IMG/VR virus record: IMGVR_UViG_3300008117_000025 | Span: 1 to 64,000 of that record | Source of the DNA: a virus | Length of the DNA stretch: 64,000 nt | Direction: 5' to 3' (one strand) | Shown here: one piece after another, positions 34,770 through 44,578 of the stretch | Layout: every line of letters starts with the position of its first letter | Position numbering within the stretch: position 1 is the first letter of the stretch | The notes under the pieces: model-generated | The model's database searches: none | The model's input: the letters and a program-made list of their open reading frames with translations, nothing else | Told to the model about the DNA's origin: nothing | Made by a program: the position numbers and the translations under genes

Positions 34770-35714
34770 TTAGGAAGAATGCATTTTATCACAAAGTTCT
34801 TGTTTATTATTATAGGGGCACCACTTACATGATTTTTCACCTACATTTTTAAGATACGACTTTATTTTAGGTTTACCAACTTCATCAAAGCAATCGCTAA
34901 TAAAAGATTGAAATTGTTCTATTGTTTGTTTTCGCTTGGTTTTTCCACTAGCGGGTTTGAATGACTGAACCCTGGGAATAGGGTATTCAGCTTGTTCATA
35001 GATTTTGCGCTTAACGATGAAGAATTCGACTTCGATTTGTTCAACGTCCCATCCAAATTGTCTAGCGAAGTATTCTTTGTATAGTAGGACTTGAGCAACT
35101 TTTTGATCGTCTCTTTTTTCACTGTCACTCCATCCACGTGTCGACGTTTTGATATCATATATATAAACTTTTTTTAAATCTTCATCATATAGAGCAAAGT
35201 CAATGAATGCTTTGTAGTAGATGTTATTTGCTATTTTTAAAAGTAAAGGTAATTCAATACCTAATAATTTCATTTTACGAATAGTGAATAATTTATTTCT
35301 ATTCTTTTTAATCCAACTCAACATAGTAATCCCATCATTGAAGAACTCACCCATTTCCTCAGCATTAGTGAAATGTAATCCTGCTGCTTTATATTCTTCA
35401 GCATACACTTCTCTAAATCGCTCTTGAAATAGAGCTTCTAGATCCATTTTATCAGCAGATGCTCCACTCTCATTATACATTGTAGTAATATATGATTGAA
35501 GTGTTTCATGAAAAGCCGTACCAAACACGGTATGAATACTAGCTTGGTACGGCTGTTTATTCTCTACATAGGTTAAATACCATTTGTGAGGGCATGAACT
35601 CCACATTGAGAATTGAGAGTATGAGACGCTACGCTGGAAACTATGATTTATTTCTGGCGGTTGGTAGTTTTTGATTTTTAGCTCGACCTCAGATAACTTT
35701 TTCTTGGCTGCCAC
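34770..35714 (-). CDS. PD-(D/E)xK Cas4/RecB-like nuclease
   Basis: CP..W, FGTAFH, FID...YDIKT, C-terminal CKWCPY...C. Confidence 0.88.
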   Translation of the reverse strand: MAAKKKLSEVELKIKNYQPPEINHSFQRSVSYSQFSMWSSCPHKWYLTYVENKQPYQASIHTVFGTAFHETLQSYITTMYNESGASADKMDLEALFQERFREVYAEEYKAAGLHFTNAEEMGEFFNDGITMLSWIKKNRNKLFTIRKMKLLGIELPLLLKIANNIYYKAFIDFALYDEDLKKVYIYDIKTSTRGWSDSEKRDDQKVAQVLLYKEYFARQFGWDVEQIEVEFFIVKRKIYEQAEYPIPRVQSFKPASGKTKRKQTIEQFQSFISDCFDEVGKPKIKSYLKNVGEKSCKWCPYNNKQELCDKMHSS

Positions 35715-35904
35715 TTATGTATTCTTGTTTTATTTTTTCTAGGTATAGGATAGCATCCATATGTTCTTGTTTAGCGTGTTCAATCCACTCTATTAAAGTT
35801 AAATCGGTACGATCTAAATCAACACCATATTTTGCTTTACCTTTAGCAGCACGAACAGCAAACTGATCTATAATTGAAGTGACAATTGAGTCTAGTTTAT
35901 CCAT
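35689..35904 (-). CDS. Small all-alpha conserved phage protein (possibly NTP-PPase-like)
   Basis: KYGVDLDR...EHAKQEHMDAILYL. Confidence 0.6.
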   Translation of the reverse strand: MDKLDSIVTSIIDQFAVRAAKGKAKYGVDLDRTDLTLIEWIEHAKQEHMDAILYLEKIKQEYISGSQEKVI

Positions 35905-36268
35905 TGATTTGGTTTATAATATTTTCTAATTCATCTTTAGAAAGCATATCAATATATTCCTTAGCTTCACTTTTACTTATTTCATAATAAGTGGCTACTG
36001 CTTCTACTTGATCTACTTTATATTCCTTTTTGTTCTTAGCTTTAATATATTTAAGATACTTATACTGTTTTGGAATAAGATCTTTATATAGATTATAAAG
36101 ATACTCACCTTTCATCTGCCAAGTATTCTTTTGTACTATATTAACCACTTCACAATAATCAGGATCCATACTTAAATAACGATTGATCATCCAGTTATTC
36201 CAACCTTCATCTCCTAAGTATGGTCCCTTATTAGTTGTAATATTTTTAAGATGGTCAAATATATTCAT
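35897..36268 (-). CDS. Clamp loader small subunit (T4 gp62-like)
   Basis: NNWMINRYLSM...LIPK...YIK pattern; position in replication cluster. Confidence 0.7.
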   Translation of the reverse strand: MNIFDHLKNITTNKGPYLGDEGWNNWMINRYLSMDPDYCEVVNIVQKNTWQMKGEYLYNLYKDLIPKQYKYLKYIKAKNKKEYKVDQVEAVATYYEISKSEAKEYIDMLSKDELENIINQING

Positions 36269-36513
36269 TAGTAATATCTTGAGTCGTTTTGATTTTTATT
36301 AGCAGTATTAGTTAACATAATATAATGATCTAATTCTGACTTTAAATCTAGGTATTTTTTAAATAAACCTTGGAGTTCAGTTTCTAGAAATTTAATTTTT
36401 TCATCTGATGCTTTTAAAGTTTCGGCTAGTCCCATTATTTGGGCTTTTAAAGCACTATTTTCTTGTTGTAGCTCGTTTGCTTTCATTTTATATCTATTAA
36501 ATATTTTCAGCAT
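36268..36513 (-). CDS. Coiled-coil protein
   Basis: Heptad repeat. Confidence 0.7.
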   Translation of the reverse strand: MLKIFNRYKMKANELQQENSALKAQIMGLAETLKASDEKIKFLETELQGLFKKYLDLKSELDHYIMLTNTANKNQNDSRYY

Positions 36514-36736
36514 TATTTCTTAATTGCAAAGGAATAAATTCTTCATTTACATGGCCACACTTACTACAAACAAATACAGGAATTGGAATCATAGCATCCT
36601 GTGCTGTACCTGTGATAAAGCGAGAGGCTTTGCGAAGCATTACCCCTTCTTGAAATATTTCATTACTGCATTCATCACACGACATTCCTGTAGTTTTATC
36701 TAATGTGATATTTAGATTCATTTGTTCTTGACTCAT
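36497..36736 (-). CDS. Zn-finger hypothetical protein
   Basis: CDEC and CSKCGH. Confidence 0.8.
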   Translation of the reverse strand: MSQEQMNLNITLDKTTGMSCDECSNEIFQEGVMLRKASRFITGTAQDAMIPIPVFVCSKCGHVNEEFIPLQLRNNAENI

Positions 36737-36748
36737 ATTACTTGTTTT

Positions 36749-36931
36749 TTAGTATTTTTTTAATTCATCTTCTAACCATTCTTCTTTACTTTTCGGTTCG
36801 AATAGTTCTGCTGCTTTTGCAGCCTTTGGAGAAAGTAAAGCAATTAATTCAGCTTTATCAGCTTGATATTTGCTTATAAATTCTTCGTAATACTTATCAA
36901 CATTTTCTAATAACTCTTCTTTTGTTATCAT
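36749..36931 (-). CDS. Hypothetical protein
   Basis: 60-aa ORF. Confidence 0.65.
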   Translation of the reverse strand: MITKEELLENVDKYYEEFISKYQADKAELIALLSPKAAKAAELFEPKSKEEWLEDELKKY

Positions 36932-37848
36932 ATTACTTGTTTTTTAGTTATTTCTAATATTTTTGCTATTGCAGCTGCAAAGTTAATTTCTTTATCTGGT
37001 ACTACACCTGCTCTCCAAATATGGTCATCTAATATAACTGATAATTCAGCATCGTGACCATAACTAAATTCAGATAATTGCTCAAACATATAGCGATAAG
37101 CAACTTGAAAATCGTCTACTTGCGCGTCAGCTACAAGTTGGCGAGCTTGATACCAAGCATCTTTATCGCGTTTTTTCAATATTTGAATTAGTTGTTTAGT
37201 CCAGTCTACATTAAGAGCAACCCATTCATATTTCCCATCTTTAACACCTGCTTGTAAATTCTTAATAATTGAACGAACATCAGGATAAAATTCCTTAACT
37301 AGTAATGCTACATTTTGAAGATCATATACTATACCTTCAACATCAAGGATATTAGTGCAAACATGCCTTGCAACATCACCTTTAGATGGTGGTTTTAGAA
37401 TATGAATTTCACAGCGTGATTGAAGAGGCTCAATCAAACGTTCAATGTAATTACAAGTAAGTACAAAGCGAGTTGTGATTGAATACTCTTCAATTAGATT
37501 ACGAAGCGCTGCTTGTGCGGGCTGAGTTAAGAAATCAGCCTCATCTAGAATGACAACCTTAAGCGGTTGGAATGTTGATGTGGAGGCAAATTGTTTTACT
37601 TTATCTCTAATAATATCAATACCATTTTCATCACTAGCATTAATGTAAAGATAATCACATTTAATGTTTTTAACAATTAATTTTGCTAGTGTGGTTTTAC
37701 CTGTACCTGCTGTACCGGTGAAGATGAAATGGGGTATATCGTTTTTAGATATACAATCGGAGATGCGGTTTTTAACCGCATCATTTCCGATGTATTGTTC
37801 TAATGTTTCTGATCTATATTTCTCAATCCAGAGAGAGTGTTGCTTCAT
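36928..37848 (-). CDS. Clamp loader large subunit (RFC/T4 gp44-like AAA+)
   Basis: WIEKYR, GTAGTGKTT, INASDE, DEAD, SRC motif. Confidence 0.95.
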   Translation of the reverse strand: MKQHSLWIEKYRSETLEQYIGNDAVKNRISDCISKNDIPHFIFTGTAGTGKTTLAKLIVKNIKCDYLYINASDENGIDIIRDKVKQFASTSTFQPLKVVILDEADFLTQPAQAALRNLIEEYSITTRFVLTCNYIERLIEPLQSRCEIHILKPPSKGDVARHVCTNILDVEGIVYDLQNVALLVKEFYPDVRSIIKNLQAGVKDGKYEWVALNVDWTKQLIQILKKRDKDAWYQARQLVADAQVDDFQVAYRYMFEQLSEFSYGHDAELSVILDDHIWRAGVVPDKEINFAAAIAKILEITKKQVI

Positions 37849-37868
37849 AACTATTATTTTGTTTTAAA

Positions 37869-39479
37869 TTACATTCCAAATTGTGACAAATCAACCTCAT
37901 CTTTCTTTTTCTCAGCTGGTTTATCATGGATAACACATTCTGTCATTAGGAGTGTAACCGCAGCTGCTGCTGCGTTTTCAAGTGCACAACGTACTACTTT
38001 AGTAGGATCGATAATACCTGATTTGAAAGCATCTACTGTTCTTTCCTCGTTGATGTCAGGAACAGCGTTTTTTTCTTTTAGCGCTTGGATCCACTCATAA
38101 TAGTCTTCACCAGCATTAGTTAGAATTTTTTGGAGGGGTTGGTTACATGCTTTAAATACAATTTGACCTCCCAATCCAAAATCACTGTTATCTCTATTTT
38201 TAATTACATTTTTAGCATTAAATAGAGCCATACCTGCACCTGGTAAGATACCCTCTTCAAGTGCTGCTTTAGTTGCTTGGAGAGCATCGTCAATGCGGTC
38301 TTTTCTTTCCTTCATTTCTACTTCAGTACCTCCACCTACATTGATAATAGCTACACCACCTACAATCTTAGCAAGGCGATCTTGTAAACGCTCGATTTCG
38401 TATGGTGAATTTGCTTGATCGATTTGAGCTTTTAATTCATCAATGCGAGCATCTATTTTCTCAGTTTCACCTTTACCATCAACAATTGTAGTAGTATCTT
38501 TACCTACAGTGATTGTTCTAGCACTACCTAACCAGGACATATTAAACTTATCCAGTTTCATTCCTTTTTGTGGTGAAACCAAAGTACCACCAGTTACAAT
38601 AGCAATATCTTCAAGGATAAGTGTTCTACGATCTCCAAAGTCAGGTGCTTTGACAGCTACCACTTTTAAAATACCTCTCATTTTATTTACAATGAGTGTT
38701 GAAAGTGCTTCACCATCAATATCTTCAGCTACAATCAATAACGACTTATTATCTGAGGAAATGCGTTCGAGGATAGGGAGGAGATCTTTTACAGCGCTAA
38801 TTCTACCATCAAACAATAAAATAGAGGCATCAGTAAGTACTGCTTGCATTGTATTATTATCAGTCACCATATAAGGTGATTTATAACCTCTATCAAACTG
38901 AAGACCTTCTACTACTTCAAGTGATGTTTCACCTGAACGAGATTCTTCCACTGTTACAATACCATCTCTTCCTACTTTATCAATTGCTGTAGCAACTAAT
39001 TCTCCAATTTCCTCATCCCCATTAGCTGAGAGTGTAGCAATTTGTTTAATTTGCTTTTCATCAGTGATATCTACAGATGATGCTCTCAATTCAGATACTA
39101 CATCCTTAACTGCTTCTTCAATACCACGTTTTACTTGAGTAACATTAACTGATGGTTTTGATGTTGCCTCAAGTGCTTGGTCAGCAACAGACCATGCTAG
39201 TAGAGTTGAAGTAGTGGTTCCATCACCTGCTTGATCAACTGTTTTTTGTGCTGCTTGTTTAATTACAGTTGCAGCCATGTTTTCAATTGGATCTTCTAAA
39301 GTAATGGTTTTAGCAACAGTAACACCATCTTTAGTTGATGCTACTTGTCCATGATCTTTTTCAATCAATACATTACGCCCAAAAGGACCCATTGTTACTG
39401 TTACAGCATCGTGTACTTTTTTAATACCGGCTTGTAGTTTTTCTTTCGCTTCACGATCAAATTTAATTATTTTACTCAT
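37869..39479 (-). CDS. groL: Chaperonin GroEL
   Basis: TKDGVTVA, GDGTTT, GLQFDRGY, KAPDFGDRR, IIDPTKV. Confidence 0.97.
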   Translation of the reverse strand: MSKIIKFDREAKEKLQAGIKKVHDAVTVTMGPFGRNVLIEKDHGQVASTKDGVTVAKTITLEDPIENMAATVIKQAAQKTVDQAGDGTTTSTLLAWSVADQALEATSKPSVNVTQVKRGIEEAVKDVVSELRASSVDITDEKQIKQIATLSANGDEEIGELVATAIDKVGRDGIVTVEESRSGETSLEVVEGLQFDRGYKSPYMVTDNNTMQAVLTDASILLFDGRISAVKDLLPILERISSDNKSLLIVAEDIDGEALSTLIVNKMRGILKVVAVKAPDFGDRRTLILEDIAIVTGGTLVSPQKGMKLDKFNMSWLGSARTITVGKDTTTIVDGKGETEKIDARIDELKAQIDQANSPYEIERLQDRLAKIVGGVAIINVGGGTEVEMKERKDRIDDALQATKAALEEGILPGAGMALFNAKNVIKNRDNSDFGLGGQIVFKACNQPLQKILTNAGEDYYEWIQALKEKNAVPDINEERTVDAFKSGIIDPTKVVRCALENAAAAAVTLLMTECVIHDKPAEKKKDEVDLSQFGM

Positions 39480-39482
39480 ATT

Positions 39483-39773
39483 TTATTTTTCTAAAATTGC
39501 CAATAAATCTTGTTCTTTCATTACAATGTATTCTTCCCCTTCAACGGTCATTTTGGTTCCACCAAAGGCAGGAAATACTGCTGTTTCACCTACTTGAACT
39601 CCAGTTGCAAGCCAAGTCCCCGTAACTGAATAGATTCCAGGTCCAACAGCTACTATTTCACCCATAAGTGGTTTTTCTTTTCCCATATCCGGTACTACAA
39701 TGTTTCCGTACATTGTTTCAGTTTCGTCTAATTGTTTAATCACAACGTGATTATAAAGTGGTTTTATCTTCAT
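39483..39773 (-). CDS. groS: Co-chaperonin GroES
   Basis: KPLYNHVVI, GEIVAVGPG, DLLAI. Confidence 0.95.
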   Translation of the reverse strand: MKIKPLYNHVVIKQLDETETMYGNIVVPDMGKEKPLMGEIVAVGPGIYSVTGTWLATGVQVGETAVFPAFGGTKMTVEGEEYIVMKEQDLLAILEK

Positions 39774-39960
39774 ATTTCATTTTTTGTTTGTGTGCAAATA
39801 AAGCATCTTCTAAAAGCTCAATAGGAAATTCAATTGGACCATATTCGCCATCTGAGCAGTCAAATATGACTTTATCTTCATAAAGATCTAGATGAGCTAT
39901 CCTACTATAGCGAGCTTCTGTCCTGAATACTGTTGTTAAATTTTTTATAAATCTATTCAT
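39751..39960 (-). CDS. Hypothetical protein
   Basis: 69-aa ORF; its start is 5 nt from the downstream inverted-repeat arm. Confidence 0.65.
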   Translation of the reverse strand: MNRFIKNLTTVFRTEARYSRIAHLDLYEDKVIFDCSDGEYGPIEFPIELLEDALFAHKQKMKYEDKTTL

Positions 39961-39965
39961 AACTT

Positions 39966-39985
39966 GAAGATAATGACAGGTCTTC
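39966..39985. repeat. Inverted-repeat arm (3' side of hsp20)
   Basis: GAAGATAATGACAGGTCTTC; reverse complement of 40470-40490 except for one indel. Confidence 0.85.
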
Positions 39986-39997
39986 GGTTTTCAAAAC

Positions 39998-40423
39998 TTA
40001 TTTAATTGTAACCTTTTTAGGTGCTTTTTCCTCTGCATAAGGAATATCTATAATAAGCAAACCCTTATCCATATTGGCTTCTAATTTAGCTAAATTAAGT
40101 TTAGAAGCTACCTTCCATGCTAAATCAAAAGAGCGACGAGTAATACCTCTTTGTATATAGGATTTCTCTACTCCTTCTGTTACTTGTTTATCGTGGGTAA
40201 TTCTTAATATATCGGACTCTACTAGAATTTCTATATCTGATTTGTTAAGTCCTACTACTGCGAGTTCAAATCGTAAACCTGTTTCTGTTTCGTAAATATC
40301 AACTGGGTAGTTGATTTTGCTTTCAATTGTGTTAAATGTTGAGTTAGTGTCTAGGATATTTTTCCAAACGACATCAAATGGATCGAATGTCCAATTACTG
40401 TTCCAACGTGTTAGTTGTGTCAT
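39998..40423 (-). CDS. Small heat shock protein Hsp20
   Basis: YPVDIYE, ELAVVG, ITRRSF, MDKGLLIIDIP; start set at MTQLTRW. Confidence 0.93.
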   Translation of the reverse strand: MTQLTRWNSNWTFDPFDVVWKNILDTNSTFNTIESKINYPVDIYETETGLRFELAVVGLNKSDIEILVESDILRITHDKQVTEGVEKSYIQRGITRRSFDLAWKVASKLNLAKLEANMDKGLLIIDIPYAEEKAPKKVTIK

Positions 40424-40469
40424 AGTTTTTGTTTTGTGCATCCCTAAGGTATGCGGTTAATTAATAGGT

Positions 40470-40490
40470 GAAGACCTGTCATGTATCTTC
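40470..40490. repeat. Inverted-repeat arm (5' UTR of hsp20)
   Basis: GAAGACCTGTCATGTATCTTC. Confidence 0.85.
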
Positions 40491-40495
40491 GATAA

Positions 40496-40503
40496 TAAAT
40501 ATA
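40496..40503 (-). promoter_or_regulatory. TATATTTA box upstream of hsp20
   Basis: One of about 10 intergenic copies of (T)ATATTTAT. Confidence 0.55.
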
Positions 40504-40509
40504 TACGGA

Positions 40510-41241
40510 TTAGTTTTTAGGTGGGAGATAATATGTGCTTTTGATAGAGTTTTCTGTATTGAATTCTAGTTTCAAAATACCATTCTCATCAAAATAGCCT
40601 ATTCCTTCTGCACCTTTATTTTCTGTAAATATTTCAAATAAGTAGTTTGCATTATACTGGAATTCAGATGATGGGAGTTCCATTTCAGCATTTGGTGTTT
40701 GGAAGCTAATTTTATCATCGTGTGATGTTTTGCCTCCTAATGTGAAATAAATACCTTTATCTCCTTCACCATTAAATAATGCTTGTATTTTCACTTCATC
40801 GCTACCTAATGCTTTCTTTGCTTTATTATATCGCTCAATAAATTCAGAATCAATATTAAATGAATATCCGAATGTGATTTGGGATTCATCTAACACCATT
40901 GTTTCCATAGGCATCATTCTTAGATCAGCAAGATGATAAGTCAAATCATATTCCATATCAGCAATATTCAATTTAGTGGAAGTGTTGTTTTTAGTTTCAA
41001 CGTTTAATTGAATGAATTGGTTTGTAATACCAATTAATTTAAGGAGTTTATTTGTATCATAAATTCCTAATGTACAATCGTCAAGATCAAAATTATCTGC
41101 TTCAACTGACCCTGCTAGATCTTTAGTTGCAGATGTAAATAATATCTGTACTTTCTTATCTTTAATTGTCCACTTTACCTTTTCGTGTATTCCATTCAAG
41201 TAATACTTCTCAATAACCGATACTAATAGTTGTTTTTCCAT
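40510..41241 (-). CDS. DNA polymerase sliding clamp (T4 gp45-like)
   Basis: Two-domain length of 243 aa, GIYDTNKLL pattern, lies between polB and clamp loaders. Confidence 0.75.
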   Translation of the reverse strand: MEKQLLVSVIEKYYLNGIHEKVKWTIKDKKVQILFTSATKDLAGSVEADNFDLDDCTLGIYDTNKLLKLIGITNQFIQLNVETKNNTSTKLNIADMEYDLTYHLADLRMMPMETMVLDESQITFGYSFNIDSEFIERYNKAKKALGSDEVKIQALFNGEGDKGIYFTLGGKTSHDDKISFQTPNAEMELPSSEFQYNANYLFEIFTENKGAEGIGYFDENGILKLEFNTENSIKSTYYLPPKN

Positions 41242-41242
41242 A

Positions 41243-41581
41243 TTATTTCCAAAATAATTGTATTAAAATTATGCAAACTCCTAGGCCCAAACAAGTAAGT
41301 GTTTTAAGTGTTAAAGGTTCTCTAAATAAATAATGAGACATAAATGTAAATACTACTACTCCTATTCCAAAGCCTATTAAACGTGATGGCCATATTGCAC
41401 CGTCATATGCTTCTACAAAGTTTCTTACTGATGCCATAAAGACGTATGATATAGGGACTCCTAAAAATGCAGTTAAAATTGGATGATTTTTAAACCATTC
41501 TATTTTTAATTGTCCTTGTAACTGGACAAATGTAAGTATTTGGGCTAAAGTTCCAAGTAATATTCCGTATAGTATTTTCAT
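41243..41581 (-). CDS. Multi-TM small membrane protein
   Basis: Four hydrophobic segments (SMR/EamA-like size). Confidence 0.7.
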   Translation of the reverse strand: MKILYGILLGTLAQILTFVQLQGQLKIEWFKNHPILTAFLGVPISYVFMASVRNFVEAYDGAIWPSRLIGFGIGVVVFTFMSHYLFREPLTLKTLTCLGLGVCIILIQLFWK

Positions 41582-44157
41582 TATATAAATTTAAAGAATT
41601 TATTTACTTTATCATTTAATGAGGGGAAATTCCATCCTAAATCCTCATAAATGCCTTTTAGTTTATTTAGTAGTGCTGATTCAAATCCCTCTTCCCTATC
41701 AGCAAATTCATCAATTAATTTAACAATGAAATCAGGATCATTGCCTGTAAATCCAATTACATCAATATTGTATGGATTGGTTTTTAATTGAATATATTTC
41801 ATTTTATCACCAACAGTAAACAATGGATATTGTTTTTGTACTTTTCTAAATTTAAGTAAGTCGTTATAGTAGATAGCTGCTTTAGTATTGATTGGGCATT
41901 TTAATTTTAATGTTGAAAATATTTCACCTGTTTTAGGAGCACGCTCAATATATGATTCTATATTCTTTACTCCTGTTGGTTTAGCTACCTCTTCAATAGG
42001 CATTGTTTTAACATATTTTTTAAAATCAATTATTTGCTGGTCGATTTCTGCTTTGGGTTTACCAAACATAATATCTTGAATTAGTTTCTCTCCAAATTTA
42101 GAATACATTGGAGTCATATTTGATTTCATCAAATCTAATCCTTTCATATCTAATTCATCAACAGTAACACCTTCTTTATTTACAATGTACATTGCATAAC
42201 GACGTTTACCTGCGAAATATCCCCTTTCAATAATTACCTCTTGCTTTAATTCAAAATAATGATCACGTTTACCTACATTAAAGTATTCTCTAGTTACACG
42301 ATTAATATTATCGTTTGCTGCTTTCTGTATTTCAGTAGTAATTTCTAGTGTTGCTTTAATATATTCATCCTTAGTTTTAGTTTCTGGGTAGCGTTGTAGT
42401 ACTAGATCCTTAACTTGAATGAATAGTGAATCGGTATCTGATGTTACAACGTAGTCTTTATCTTCAGTACCTAGTTGTTTATTCATCCATTCATTACAGA
42501 ATTTAATTGATTCTTGAGTTACACGTTGACCTGTTAATGTAATGGCTTTAGATATCATTTTATGACCATCAGTATAGCGCCAACCATTAATAGCATAACA
42601 ACCATAAACGTCATTTAATTTAATTTTATATGCGTGTTGTCTACGATTATAGAATTCACCTTTAACAGCATCACCTGATTTGTATGCTTTTTTCATTGCA
42701 TTTTTGTATTCAACGCGTTTGTTAAACCAATCCGTTAATACATCACATACTACTGATGAGCGATCTGTTCTAAACATAGCACCTGATGCTGCTAGTAACC
42801 AATTGTTTTCTTTAATAAGAGCAATTAGTGTTCCTACTTTTACAGTTGCTTGTTGTGTAGTTTGCTTTGGGGTTAGTTTTTCAATTGTAATTACATCTTC
42901 AGGATCCATTTGTTTTAGATCATCTAATGTCCAATTATTATCGTATTTATCTTTATTTACAATACGACCAACGAATGTCTCAATTCCAATATTTAAAGAA
43001 CGAATAATAGACGGATACAACGAGGTAAAGTCCAAATCAATAACCCACTCATATAATCCTGGTACTGGGTCTTTTAAGTAGCCTCCAGCATATTCTTCAT
43101 GTGCTTCTTTTAGTGATGGGTTTGTAGTTGTAGGTTTATTTGGTGAAACTATACCTTGGCGTTTTAGATAAGTAAGGATAGCTCCATCATTTAATACAGT
43201 TGATAGGTAGATCATTTCATAAGGCACATGACACAAATGACAAATAGCAACTGTTAATTCAATAAATTTAAATTTCTTTTCTAATTCAATAATAATTTCT
43301 ACGTCGCGAAGATTATATTCGATAAATTTATTTGGGTCTTCTCTAAATAATCTATCAAGATTACCTTCATAATCTATTTTACCTAAATTAACATATTTAG
43401 TTCCTATATCATTTAATTTATAGGATGGCTCGTTTTTAGGATTATATTTTTTATATAATAATAGATAATCAAGATGATTAATACCTCCTAATTCAATTGG
43501 TTGAGATGTATCCCATTCAGTAAATTTAATTTTGCGAATTGGAGATAAACGAGCAGCCTCATCTCTACCTAATACATTACATATTCTGTAGTAGAGATAT
43601 GGTACGTCAAAGAACCCACTATTCCATCCTGTAATAATAGTAGGGTCAACTGATTCCCATAATTCAAGAAATAGTGATAGTAATTCTTCCTCACTGCTGC
43701 AGGGTACTACTTGTCTATTATCTTCTTTTATTGCTTGTAGTTGCTTTTTCTCATCTAGAATAAGACAATAATATACTTTAGTTGTAGCATCATACAATGA
43801 AATTGAAGTAATTTTCATTGGTGCTGTCTTAATATATTCAGTAGTTAAAGCACCACCAATTTCACACTCAATATCAAAGTAAATAACATTTTGCCACTCA
43901 GGAGTGTCGTCACTATCTTTATACTTATCAATTAGTACTGCTGTTAGACGATCAATGTCTGATTCGTATAGATGGTTGTCATTCCATTCATATTTGGTAA
44001 CTACTTTTGCTAGTTTACCGTCTAATGTTGGAATAGTACCATTACTATCTATTTGATAGCGAGGGATAGTGTATTGAAATTCACTCCATCCATTTTTATC
44101 ATCACGTAAATGAAATTTGTAGTTCGGTTTCCCGTCGTAGTAGATTGCTTGATACAT
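41581..44157 (-). CDS. DNA polymerase family B (T4 gp43-like)
   Basis: ExoI FDIEC, ExoII GWN..FD, ExoIII YN..D; DFTSLYPS, KxxxNxxYG, DTDS. Confidence 0.97.
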   Translation of the reverse strand: MYQAIYYDGKPNYKFHLRDDKNGWSEFQYTIPRYQIDSNGTIPTLDGKLAKVVTKYEWNDNHLYESDIDRLTAVLIDKYKDSDDTPEWQNVIYFDIECEIGGALTTEYIKTAPMKITSISLYDATTKVYYCLILDEKKQLQAIKEDNRQVVPCSSEEELLSLFLELWESVDPTIITGWNSGFFDVPYLYYRICNVLGRDEAARLSPIRKIKFTEWDTSQPIELGGINHLDYLLLYKKYNPKNEPSYKLNDIGTKYVNLGKIDYEGNLDRLFREDPNKFIEYNLRDVEIIIELEKKFKFIELTVAICHLCHVPYEMIYLSTVLNDGAILTYLKRQGIVSPNKPTTTNPSLKEAHEEYAGGYLKDPVPGLYEWVIDLDFTSLYPSIIRSLNIGIETFVGRIVNKDKYDNNWTLDDLKQMDPEDVITIEKLTPKQTTQQATVKVGTLIALIKENNWLLAASGAMFRTDRSSVVCDVLTDWFNKRVEYKNAMKKAYKSGDAVKGEFYNRRQHAYKIKLNDVYGCYAINGWRYTDGHKMISKAITLTGQRVTQESIKFCNEWMNKQLGTEDKDYVVTSDTDSLFIQVKDLVLQRYPETKTKDEYIKATLEITTEIQKAANDNINRVTREYFNVGKRDHYFELKQEVIIERGYFAGKRRYAMYIVNKEGVTVDELDMKGLDLMKSNMTPMYSKFGEKLIQDIMFGKPKAEIDQQIIDFKKYVKTMPIEEVAKPTGVKNIESYIERAPKTGEIFSTLKLKCPINTKAAIYYNDLLKFRKVQKQYPLFTVGDKMKYIQLKTNPYNIDVIGFTGNDPDFIVKLIDEFADREEGFESALLNKLKGIYEDLGWNFPSLNDKVNKFFKFI

Positions 44158-44163
44158 AACCCT

Positions 44164-44188
44164 TAAATATACTAAATTACTTTGACAA
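44164..44188 (-). promoter_or_regulatory. Promoter TTGTCA-N11-TATATTTA upstream of polB
   Basis: Variant of the repeated motif. Confidence 0.6.
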
Positions 44189-44198
44189 AGCCAAAATA

Positions 44199-44567
44199 TT
44201 AAACTTCATCTACTACATTAAAGGATATACCTGAGTTAGCAAATATATTTCTAGACAATTCAAAGATTGTAGTACCGGAGGAAGGACAAGCATCATTTCC
44301 AGATGCCCAATAAAATCCATATTGTGTTGATGTATTATTAGGATCTACTATTCTAACACGAATATTATTTACACTAGTACCTTGAGAAGCTTCTAAAGTA
44401 CAAGTAAAGTTATTAATTAAACTACCTATTAAATTAAATGTACTACCATTATCTACAGATACATAGAATTGTGGATCTATGCCTGGAGGATTTGTTGAGT
44501 CTAGTCGGCCATATAGGCTCACAGTATAGGTTACAGCAGCAGGTTGTATCCATATTTTAAAAGGCAT
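44199..44567 (-). CDS. Hypothetical beta-rich structural protein
   Basis: 122-aa S/T/N-rich ORF at the end of the fibre locus. Confidence 0.7.
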   Translation of the reverse strand: MPFKIWIQPAAVTYTVSLYGRLDSTNPPGIDPQFYVSVDNGSTFNLIGSLINNFTCTLEASQGTSVNNIRVRIVDPNNTSTQYGFYWASGNDACPSSGTTIFELSRNIFANSGISFNVVDEV

Positions 44568-44578
44568 AAAGATATAAT

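Noticed and set aside
34770-35714. Cas4-like gene as evidence of a CRISPR system
   Set aside because: It is a solo PD-(D/E)xK nuclease in a replication cluster, common in phages, with no array nearby
85-43081. Short plus-strand track ORFs antisense to annotated genes (e.g. 699..1070, 5380..5679, 38443..38874, 42680..43081)
   Set aside because: They fully overlap well-supported minus-strand genes and all promoters and terminators point to minus-strand transcription
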